Assembly: GCF_009914755.1 (NCBI RefSeq)
Contig: NC_060934.1
Strand: one strand, 5' to 3'
DNA from: the human T2T-CHM13v2.0 reference genome, Homo sapiens
Length of the DNA stretch: 64,000 bases
In this document: piece after piece, positions 52,899-64,000 of the stretch
How the letters are laid out: each line of letters opens with the position of its first letter
Position numbering within the stretch: position 1 is the stretch's first letter
The notes under the pieces: generated by a model
The model's input: only the letters and a program-made list of their open reading frames with translations
Databases searched by the model: none
Told to the model about the DNA's origin: nothing
Translations under genes and position numbers: made by a program

Positions 52899-54289
52899 CT
52901 GAGGTTCTTGGAGAGCCAGAGAAACAGATTTCATAATCAGGGTTATTGATTAAGTTCTAGAACTTAATAAAATAAAATAAGAACTAGATAAATATTAATG
53001 AAATTAAATAAAGCCAATATTGAAAAATCAGAGTCATGTTCCAGGTAGATTAAATAGGAAGCATCACCAAGCACCACAGCTGGGCCCGCAATTTTGGTGA
53101 TGGGGTTTATGGATTCATGTCTGGCTATTCCTTTCCAGCCTCACTGTTCCAGCCTCCTGGAGGACTCCCTGCTCTCCTTGCCTTCTCCAAAGGCTACTGA
53201 TGCTCTCCCTAGCCCCACAACCTCCATCCCCTTTCCTCTTTCCTAGCAGAATTCTCCTTTTGTGCAGACATCTGTCTGCTCTCGTATGTGGTCCTCGGCT
53301 GTCTAAGGATGCTGCCTCTGCAGGAGCTTGAATCGCGACCCAGGATCGCTCCAGGCAGTCTGCACACTCCATGCCCCAGCCACAGTCACAATCCTCCAGG
53401 TGAGTCTCAGAGCCTCGCTGGAGGAGGCAGGAACATTTCTTCTCCTATTGGCCATAGTGCCCACAGGCCCAGAGCTCCCTCAGCCTTCCTGGGAAGCAGG
53501 GCCACAGGTAAAGGTGGGGCCGAGAGAGTCATGTGTTGCAGGGCACCAGAGATGAGCAAGGTGGAATAAATTGGGGAGAAACCCACCCTACTCTTGTGAC
53601 TGTCCATATTTGAGCTGATTTGTTTCTCTATTGTTTCAGCCAGTTGTGTCTTGTTGCCATCTCTGAAATGGAAAACATCCTCACCGATCATTTCTCCGCT
53701 CCGCAATCATTGTTTTGTGGTGTGGAGCATTTCCATTTCTGAAATGCAAATTTGGTCCCCACTCACCCCTAGATACTGCCATGGTCTAGCTTCCTAGCCA
53801 GACTCTTGGCACACCAGGTTCCATGATCCTGGCTACACTATACTTTTGTCTTGGTTTGGTTTGGTTTTACACCTTTGAGGTTTTGTAAGATCTCCCTCTT
53901 TGTGGATTGACTTCACTCTTCACCCCACTCTCTGCAACACACCAGGTAACTTTCTTCTTTGTCCAGAAAAGATCAAGATCCCTTCCTGGAGATTCTCCCT
54001 GGGTCTCACTTCCCTAAGCCTAGATACCCAGTTCCTTCTGTGATCACCTGCATACCTGAGACTGTCCCCTTCCATGGCAATAGTTACATCCTGCTTCATT
54101 TCCTCCTGTGACCCCTGCCAGAGGAGCATGGGCTTCTCATGACAGGAGTCCTGTTTGTTTCTCTTTATATCAGTAACATTTTGCAGGAAGCCTGGCATGA
54201 GGAGAAGGTTTGACCACTATATGTTGGATTATACTGAACTCTGGTAACATTCTGAAATTGCCAGAAAAAAGAATGCTCCAAGTTCCACA

Positions 54290-54410
54290 AAAGAAAAATG
54301 GAGCACATCTAGAAGAACTAAAATCAAGAGAGCTTCAAACTTCTCAACTGTAACAATCAAAGCAAGAAGAGAGCGGAATAACGGTTTCATAATATCTAAA
54401 GAAAAAGGAT
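54290..54410 (+). mobile_element. Ancient L1 ORF1-region fragment
   Basis: aaaatcaagagagcttcaaacttctcaactgtaacaatcaaagcaagaagagagcgg resembles the L1 ORF1 IRL..DFS....ARRQW segment. Confidence 0.42.
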
Positions 54411-54417
54411 GTAAGTT

Positions 54418-54809
54418 CCGTTAGTTTTTTAGGGCTGCCATGACAAAATACCAGGGGATGGGTGGTTATTTTCTGACAGTTCTCGAGGCTGGAAGTCCAT
54501 GATCAAGCTGTCCACAGGGCTGGTTTCTTCTCAGGCCTCCCTTCCTGGCTTGCCAATGGCCGCCTTCTTACTGAATCCTTGCAGCTGCTTTCCTCTATGC
54601 GTGTGCATCCCTGATGACTCTCTCTGCGTGTCCAGATTTCCTCTTCTTATAAGGAACCAGTCAGGTTGAATTAGGATCCATCCTAACAGCCTCATACTAA
54701 CTTCGTTATTTCTTTAAAGACCCTGTCTCCAAACATAGCCCCATTCTGAGGTACTGGGGGTTAGGGCTTCAACATATGAATTCTGGGGGACACAGTTCAG
54801 CCCATGACA
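54418..54809 (-). mobile_element. MLT1B-like MaLR LTR
   Basis: agggctgccatgacaaaatacc...gaggctggaagtccatgatcaag...ttctgaggtactgggggttagggcttcaacatatgaatt...cagcccatgaca. Confidence 0.85.
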
Positions 54810-55119
54810 TAAGCCGCACCATCATTCTCATGTGAAAATGACAGGAAGGCCCCATAAGACTTGCATTTCCCAGAACTCCCGATCAACATTGGTTCTGTTC
54901 TGAGATCACAGGAAGGCTGAGATAAGCCTGAAATACAGATATCTTAAATAAAAATATAATTGTGGGGAAACACTTTTGCTGACCTGTGAAACTAAAAAAT
55001 CTAAGAGATAAGTAAAATATATGAATGGGAGATGGACAGTTATGGATAGAGCAAGAGACAAGAAGAATGTTAAGAGAGTGGGGGGATTATGGCTATGTCT
55101 AACCCATGGGTAATCATTG

Positions 55120-56140
<1,021 letters not shown>

Positions 56141-56559
56141 ACAAAGGCAAGATGCCAAAACCAGAAGAAAAAAAAGGTGTGAAAATACGGGACTAAAGTA
56201 ATGAAAAATGGGCAAGGCTGGGTGTGCAAGTATGGCCCCCACCCTCCCTAAAAGAACCCCAAAGGCCAGTGGTGCTGAGATCTCATGAGCACTGGAATGA
56301 CAGCCATTTTACAAATGTGGGTGTGATGCCTGAGACCATAGCAGTGAGAAGAATGGAGCGCGTACCTTCCAAGTAATTTTAAATGTTAGCTCCAGGTAGA
56401 TCATGGTTAATGCATCAAAAATGATAAGTGATGAGGCTTCTCTAACTGATGATAACAATAAACTGTGTTGATGACTATGCCAGTGGCCCCAAGGGTTTAA
56501 GTTCACCCATCCAAAAACACTCCAGGTCCCTGGGTAGGTTAAAAATTAAAATCTAACAG

Positions 56560-57945
56560 AATGTTGCTTATTAGACATCCAGCTACACAACAAGAAAAGA
56601 TTTTAGAAATAGAGAAGGAAAACAAATACACATTCTCAATTTTAAATATTAGATTAAAATCTATTTATTTTGATAAAAATATAAAAAATAATAAATGCAT
56701 GACATTAATTAAATTCCTTGGATAGGGTCAAATAATATAGCATCAAGGTATTTTAAATAAAATCCAGGAGAAAAGTAGCAGTGGAGATGGTTAGATATTG
56801 ACAAAAATACAATTATAAGGAGATACATGCATTCACTATTAGCAGGAAATGCGAATAAAATAAGAGTAGAGAGAAAGTCATCAACATAAATAATAAGAGT
56901 AAACAGATATGAGCAATACTATTTTGCCATAACAGGAATCACTCATCTCTATTAAAAATTTTCTGTAACCAGATGGAATATAAATACAAATGATAAAACC
57001 TTCCAATCAAAAGATTACCCTTTGATCCAAACACAAAGGCAAATGGACACTAAACAAAGCCCTGAAGAAAATCTAAATAAACTTCAAAGAACAGAGGTTT
57101 TCAGGGGCTTCATTCTCTAGTAGGAAGAGGAAAGCAACAGAAATTATAGACATGATGAATACATCCACGAGCTAGTTTTCTGAAAAAGAGTGTAAAAACA
57201 ATAACATTTATAAATCTCCAGAGAATCTAACTAAAAGTGAATAGGAGAAAGTAAACATAAACCAAATTAGAAATGAACGGGGAAAGAAATAATAATAATA
57301 ATAATAATAATAATTTTTGGAGACTTCACTGGTCGTTGCATCTTCCCAGATTTGGAAATAGCAAGGTGTTTCACCTTCTGTGAGTGGGGCTCTCAGAATA
57401 TGGGATGCCTGGCTGGGGGTGGGGGGATTTTATGGCAGGTGGGGGCTCTAGCTTTTGCAGGGCTCCAAGTCATGGGGGTTAGGGGTTATTCCTTGGTTGG
57501 ATGTTGGCTGGCTTCGGGCTTTCTTGGCGGGTATATAGGTTCACTTTAGACCAGTATTGCCACTGGTTCTCAAATGAGAGAAAAGCGTGGGGCTGAGTCA
57601 GTTCTTTTCTGTTTTATTTGAAGATTCGTTTACATTTTCAGCTCGGAGAAGATAATATTCCACGTATCATCTTAGAGCGTGTCTCTCATCGTCCACTATG
57701 GGCCAATTCTCCTTTCCATCCTTTAGGGTACCTTTGCCATTTTGACAACCCATACAGACCTTAAACTGCATTCCTTAATATGGTTATGGCTGTTTAAACT
57801 AAAATTACAAGATGTTAAAAAAAGAAATACATATTGAACATGGAAAAACAAAAATAAAAAGACTTTATTTGTAGATGACAGGAGTATTTAACGAGAAAAG
57901 CCAAAGCAAGCAGATTTTAAAAGTGGGAGAATTAATAAAAGGTTT
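56560..57945 (+). mobile_element. Ancient L1 ORF2 fragments (56560-57290 and ~57800-57945) split by an (AAT)n run and inserted DNA
   Basis: A-rich sense LINE text; ttatttgtagatgacaggagtatttaacgagaaaagccaaag resembles the L1 RT motif LFADDMIVY.ENPK. Confidence 0.55.
57318..57565 (-). mobile_element. Possible hAT-Tip100 (FordPrefect-like) terminal fragment
   Basis: Minus strand starts cagtggcaatactggtctaaagtgaacc, a hAT-like CAGTGG terminus; GC-rich block inside an A-rich L1. Confidence 0.35.
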
Positions 57946-58460
57946 TAAGTACGACTACCGTTTACAGGGTAAGTTGTCAAAAATGGAATGGATTCCTTTG
58001 CTGCAGCGAAGACTAGATGGATCCCTTCTGCCAATGTCATTCCGTTCCTAAAGCAGCGGGAAGCATCGCTTAGAACCCAGGGAATCTTCAGAGGCGGGAC
58101 TGAAGAGAGCCAAGCAACGCTGTTGGAATAGAGACACACCCTGGGCTAGATGCAGTGAGACCTGGCGCTTTGGGGTAGCAAGGGTCTGGGGGCTGGGTCC
58201 TGTCCCTCTGGAGTGCCTGCTGTGTGCTTTATATTAATTTTATTAATAATTGTTCTCAGACGTTAGAATAGTGAAAAATCACCCCAAGAAAGAGTGAAAC
58301 GTGGAGGTTCCGAGGCCTCTGCCAGGGGCTTCAGCACATCTGCGTGGGGCTGGAATCTACTTTTAGTCCAGTGAGAAGCTGAGGCAGAGTCCCCGATGTC
58401 TGTGTGAGGTGCGCAGCTCCGCTTCCTGGGCCTCATTCCTGATTTTCGGATGAGGAAAAG

Positions 58461-58566
58461 CAGAGCTGAGCGGGATGCAGGGACCCACGCACAGTGCTGC
58501 TGCTGAGTACAGAGCTGGGCGGGACGCAGGGACCCACGGACAGTCCCGCTGCTGATACAGAGCTGG
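58461..58566. repeat. ~49-bp unit x2.2 tandem duplication
   Basis: cagagctg(a/g)gcggga(t/c)gcagggacccacg at 58461 and 58510; cagagctgg at 58558. Confidence 0.85.
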
Positions 58567-60489
58567 CCTTGGGTGTGCCTCGTTTGGCTTCTGCAGGCAG
58601 AGGGAGTGACTGTGTGCGTGTGGGCCCGTGGACGCACGTGCAGGCACATATGTACATGTGTGCCATGCATGAGGTGCTTGTCTTCACCATTGCAAGCAGC
58701 AGGGACCACCGGCACCAAGAGGTGCTGTGCAGACCCCAGCCCATTTCTCAGGACTCCATGGGCGCGCACAGGACGTGCTCTCGTCCCTGCCAGGGAAGTG
58801 GCTCCTGGCGGTCTGGGCTCCTGTTGCTAGGAAACCGCTCCCTTCGATTGTGTATGTCGAGCATGCCTGTGTTTGTCTTTGGCTCTCAGAAGGACAAAAT
58901 TCACCATGTGGCGACGGAGAAATAATATTGAAAAGTACTTTAAAAATGAAAGAAGTGCCAAATGGCGCTCTGGATTGCAGATGCTCCCCGTGCTGCTGGC
59001 GTCGCGTGGATGGGGGACCCGGGCTGCATTCTGAGGCGCTGCTCTGTCTCCCATGTACTCTGCCTTGCTCCCAGATAGCTCTGCGCACAGCCCTGTCCTG
59101 TGTCCCTCTGGCATGCAGACCGTGGTGTGCAGGTTTGCAGGGCAGCATGGGGCTTGTGGCTTGCCCTCTGTCCCTGCTCTCTCTCTCTCTCTCTTTGTTG
59201 AGACAGGTGTCCAGGCAGAAGGGAAGGCCGCTTGTAAGTTTGAGCCATCTCTTAGTGTCTGGAGAAGTGGGGAGTCGTGGGGACATGGCAAGGCACACTT
59301 CACCCATCTGGAGGCAGAAGATGCTAGGGAGAGAGCGGTAACTGCTTTTGAGGTGGCGCTGGTCTGTCCTGACCACCTGTGACTCTGTGGGCAAAGGTCA
59401 AGGTTGCATTACAGCCTGTGGGTCAGGATGCAGGGGCTCTATCAATGGCTGGCTGCCTGGGAGAGAACTGGGGATTTTCTTGCCATGCGGCAGGAAGGAG
59501 AGTTCGCTCTGGTGCCTGGTGGCCTCTTCCCCATTGCCTCCTTCCCTGCTACACTTCTGGCTGCTCACACCTCCAGCCCATCCATTTGTGTCAGGGCCCC
59601 TGGGTCCTTGGTGGCCCGGCCCACACCAGGCCTTGGCTCCGGTTGACATGTGACTTTGAACTCCCCATCCCAGGGCTGCTTGTTCCAGCAGGCAATTCCC
59701 TGGACTGACCTCTTTTCAAGTTCCGCGAGTTGATCATGGCCCCTGGTGTGAGCTTGAGCATTTCCTGCCGCCTCCTTGTCTGCCTGCTGATGCTCTCGGC
59801 ATCTCCGGCAAGCCCCCCTCCGACCCTCTGTAACCTACAAGCAAGCAGAGCCGGGAGAGGCTGCACAGGCAATCAGGCGCTCTGGCTGACGAGGATGCCT
59901 GAAGATGAAATATGAATAAGAATATGCACTGGGGGCCTGTGGGCCCTGCTGGCAAACTTGCACCTTGTCTGGCCTCCATGTGGGCCCAAACCTGCCTCCC
60001 GACCTCCCTCGGCAGGTGGAGGTGTGAATGTTGGGGGCCGCCGAACACTAGGAAGTGTCCTCATGCATCACAATTACAGAAACACCTGTGCTAAATACCT
60101 TTGTGCGGGTTGGTTGTGCAAATTCACGAGGTGTTCAATTGCTTCCAAATTTCTTATTTCTACACTGTCAACAAGCCGCAGGTGTGCACGGCATGAGCCG
60201 CCGCCGCTGTGGTTTGGAGGCCTGTGCTGACAGCTTTGCATCCAGCATGCATTTGTCCTCACCAGCGCCCTGCACCCCATATACATCCCCACATTTACAG
60301 AGGGCTCGGAGGAGATTCGTCACGTCGGACCTGCCTCTCGGCTCTTGGCATCCAAGGATGGGAGGAGGGAGCAGAAGGTAAAAGCGCCGCGGATGGAGCT
60401 CAGCAGGCTCTCAGGTGGGACAGGCGCCGTCTGAGGCCTTACCTGTGGAAAATGGGGAGCAGGGCCACAAGGAGTTTCTGCTCAAGAGA

Positions 60490-60785
60490 ACAGACGGGCT
60501 CGAGGTGCGTGCTGCTGGCCTGTGCTTGCATCTGGCCTGGGCTATTTTAAAGAATTTTGTGATCATTACTAATATCAAATGTCAAGAACGTTCACCTATT
60601 AAATCCGGATTTCTGGCTCATTTTGGACAACGGACAGTCCGTCCTGCAGAGCCCACATTCCCCTGTTTAAAGCACGATTATTGGCCTCCTCTATGGAAGG
60701 AACACGCCCTTCTTGGCAGGCTTCATGCCCCACCATCCCTTGCTGGGCCCCTGCAGGCAATTGGGTTGGTGGCAAGTGGCTGAGA
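60490..60785. mobile_element. MER102-like hAT-Charlie element
   Basis: aaatccggatttctggctcattttggaca...gagcccacattcccctg...gcaggcaattgggttgg. Confidence 0.55.
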
Positions 60786-61396
60786 ATGCTGCTTCCACAT
60801 GCACACAGGCAGCTGGGCAGATGCATGGCATTCTCCTCCGGATGGCGGCCTCGAGAACAGGCTTACAGAATTCTGCAGACCCCACACTTGAATATTTTTC
60901 TGGATTTGTGCATAAAATTGTTCCTGAGTATTTCCTAATTTAGAAACATAACACTGGGAATTTCCTGCTGGCAACATTTTGGATTGAGACTTTAGGTGTT
61001 TTCTAGCTTTCTAGTTGGTGAGTAGCCAAAACTGCTGGTGCTCTTTGTGACTGTCTCTCTCCCTGCAGATGCTCCGCCTGTCGCATGATCAACCCTGGCA
61101 ACCACAAGCCCTGTTGCTGCAGGGCCGTTGCTCCCATGGGAAGGAGCTGAACCAGTGTCTTGGGACCCCGACCTTTGTGCTGGAACCAGAGCTTCATCCA
61201 GTTCTCCATCCACATGCAGGCGCCAGGGGTGGGGCAGGGATGTTGGGAGGCAGCATCCTCTCTCAGTTGGCTTTGGCATCTCTGTCTGGGTGCCTGTGAG
61301 TTCCATACAGCTGCTCTGCCAGTGCAGGTGTTTCCGAGTAAATAACCACTGCCCTTAATAAGTCCAGATTCAGCCACTTTGTTAACAAATGAGGTT

Positions 61397-61908
61397 CCTG
61401 GGTGTATACCCAAAGGATTATAAAACATGCTGCTATAAAGACACATGCACACGTATGTTTATTGCGGCACTATTCACAATAGCAAAGACTTGGAACCAAC
61501 CCAAATGTCCAACAATGATAGACTGGATTAAGAAAATGTGGCACATATACACCATGGAATACTATGCAGCCATAAAAAATGATGAGTTCATGTCCTTTGT
61601 AGGGACATGGATGAAGATGGAAACCTCATTCTCAGCAAACTATCGCAAGGACAAAAAAACCAAACACCTCGTGTCCTCAATCATAGGTGGGAATTGAACA
61701 ATGAGAACACATGGACACAGGAAGGGGAACATCACACACTGGGGACTGTTGTGGGGTGGGAGGGATAGCACTAGGAGAAAACCTAATGCTAAATGATGAG
61801 TTAATGGGTGCAGCACACCAACATGGCACATGTATACATATGTAACAAACCTGCACATTGTGCACATGTACCCTAAAACTTAAAGTATAATAATAATAAT
61901 AAAAAAAA
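61397..61908 (+). mobile_element. Young-ish L1PA (PA3-PA5-like) 3' end, 5'-truncated
   Basis: Translation [60 protein letters not shown] (L1 ORF2 C-terminus), 3' UTR and (TAA)n/A tail; TSD gaggttcc on both sides. Confidence 0.96.
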
Positions 61909-64000
61909 GAGGTTCCACACACTTCCGGAAGGCTGGATGCACTCACAGCAACCTTTGCCCACCTTCACTATTTGATCACTAACAGTATGTTTCCATCTCC
62001 CTAGGTGTATCAGGAACTGAACAGGATAGAATAAAATTAATACGACATGCATCTCTTGAGTGTCTACTCTGTATCAAGAACCATGCTAACTCAAAAGCAC
62101 AGTGGTGAGCATATTACACGCGGATTCTGCCCCTGCTGCTGCAAACTCACCAAAGAACATGCTGGACACACAGCTCAGAAAAGGGCCAGGGGCCAGGCTG
62201 CAGTGCATTCTGCCAGGGCTCTGGAAAGCAGGGGCCATGCTGACTGAGGATGTGAGGGAATGCTTCCCGGTGGCAGTAGCATTTGAGGTCTTGCAGGATA
62301 GAGGATGACCATTCCAGGGAGGGGCACTGAGCACAGCATGGACATACAAAGCTGGTGACACCAGGTCAGAGGAAACAGACACACTCAGCTTCCCATGAGT
62401 GCATGAAAGATCCAGGCTGGAGCCTTCTCTGGGAGGAAGTTGGTCTGGGGTGGGGCCGAGGGGGCCGAGTCTCCCATACCTGAGGGAAGAGACGGTTAGA
62501 CGTTGCACGTGTGTATTCTCATCCCTCCGTCTCCTCTCTCACGAAGGCATTTTCTTGAGTGCTTCCTCTCATGAACACTCTTCAGTGGGCCCACTGCACA
62601 CCATTCCTCTGCCTCCTTTTTCTCCACCTACTAGCAAGGCTAAGCTCCCAGCCTGCCCTAGCCTGGACACCTGCTGGCAAAAATCTGCAGCTCCACTGAC
62701 TGGCCTCAACCTGAAATCAGGACCTCAAAGGACAATCAACCATGCAGCCAACTCACCTGCCCTGCTTTTGTGTATTTCCTCTCCCACTCTCCAACGTGAT
62801 TCTTCCACACCATCTTCTCCCCCTCTATCTTCTCAAACTCTTCATTTGGCATCCCCCTACCAAACTCCCAGCCAGGACCTTATTCTTATGTCACTGAGCA
62901 AAACCATTAGATGGGGACCGAGCATCTTCCCACCACCACCTCAGCCCGTCACCTGCATCTGTCTCTACTTTCATGTCCTGGAGGAGGAAGAGCCTTGCTC
63001 CCATCAGAGGGAGCTCCTCCTCCTGGGTGGGGGGAACTTCTTTTGCCTTTCCGGGACTTTGCATCTGCAATTGTGCCCCTGTCTCTGGCATCGCTAATCA
63101 TCCCCATTGGATAATGGCCTGTAGCATGCATGAAGATGTCTTAAGGAGACTGTCCTCTGGGGCCCCTCATCTCTATCCAGCGATGACTACGCTTCTTTTC
63201 CGGGCCAACCAAGGCCCCTGCTGGGTGAGGTGTGTGTTCATGTGTTGGTCCCCAATGTCCCTTGATTGAAGAGTGATGTCTATTTTTTCTGCTGGCGCGC
63301 TGGCCAGGTGGCTGCCTCTAGCTCCCCTGGCTCCCCTGCTGTGATAAAAATCTCCCCAATCCCAGGCTTTTGTGTCCTGCAGCAAAACAGCCTTGCCTTG
63401 CTCCTCTCCTAGTGGATCCCAATCAGGCTTTATATTTTAGCTAAAGACTCACTTCCTCAGCGCACCTGTTCCCCTGGCCACCGACGCCAACTGTCCCTCC
63501 CATTAGAGGCTTCCCCTGCGTCTCTGTAGACCTGGCACCGTGAGAGTGTCAGATTTGAGTGGTGTGTTTTTTGATATGAGAATGTTGGCTGAAAGTTAGA
63601 AGACTTGCTCATGAGCCCCTTGCTCCTCTGCGCAGGAGCCTGAAGCCAGCCCCAGTGGCTTTGTCCTGACCGTATGCCGCTGCCCTGAGGACCACACTCT
63701 CTCCTGGCTGGCAGCCCCGCTCCAAAGCTGCCTGAGCACTTCCAGCTGGAACTTGGGGTGGGTGGACATCCCTTTCATGAATTGTCAGTTTACCGTTGAA
63801 GAATGGGAGGAGGGAGAATTGAAAGGAAAGGAGAGAGGGAGGAGTGCCTTGTGAAGATGGAGGCGGAGTTGGCACCTCACTGCTGCAGCTGAGGTGTACC
63901 AAAGTGTCACCAGAAGCTGGGACAAAGCCAGGGATGGCTCCTCCTTCAGAGCTTCAGAGGAGCCCACCTTACCAACACCTGGACTCCTGGTCTCCAGAGC

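Noticed and set aside
58684-59394. 236-aa and 204-aa overlapping ORFs
   Set aside because: Open on both strands in GC-rich DNA, crossing a (CT)n run; no recognisable domain
61389-61697. ORF with strong protein-like sequence
   Set aside because: It is the L1 ORF2 C-terminus of a truncated L1PA, not a host gene
62399-63097. 232-aa plus-strand ORF
   Set aside because: Ser/Pro/Leu-rich product of pyrimidine-rich sequence, non-ATG start, no recognisable homology

Overview
Primate (very probably human or great-ape) non-coding genomic DNA. It is dominated by interspersed repeats: nine Alus, L1PA/L1MA/L1MB/L1ME and L2 fragments, MIRs, MaLR (THE1/MST/MLT1), ERVL and ERV1 solo LTRs, and Tigger/hAT DNA-transposon relics. 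I recognise no intact protein-coding exon, RNA gene or CRISPR array; the long ORFs in the track are repeat-derived or look like chance products of GC-rich sequence. The standout signal is a ~1 kb minus-strand fossil at ~22280-23240. It retains, in the correct order, several motifs of a DDE transposase (LEPVINE..., GGDGRCDSPGYLAKYG, RDYH..ISKWMR...H.YEVW, N..LL.E....SP...TTLK..SLVLRF, RLH.A.HHNN) of the type I associate with the Kolobok superfamily, with intron-like spacers between blocks. Other structures worth a look are a 35 x 20-bp indel-free VNTR with an 80-bp higher-order block (11331-12040), a small A-B-A'-B template-switch-like rearrangement (1498-1693) and a pre-miRNA-sized hairpin (39644-39724). 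Repeat subfamily names come from recalled consensus sequences, not a database search, and boundaries of old elements are approximate.
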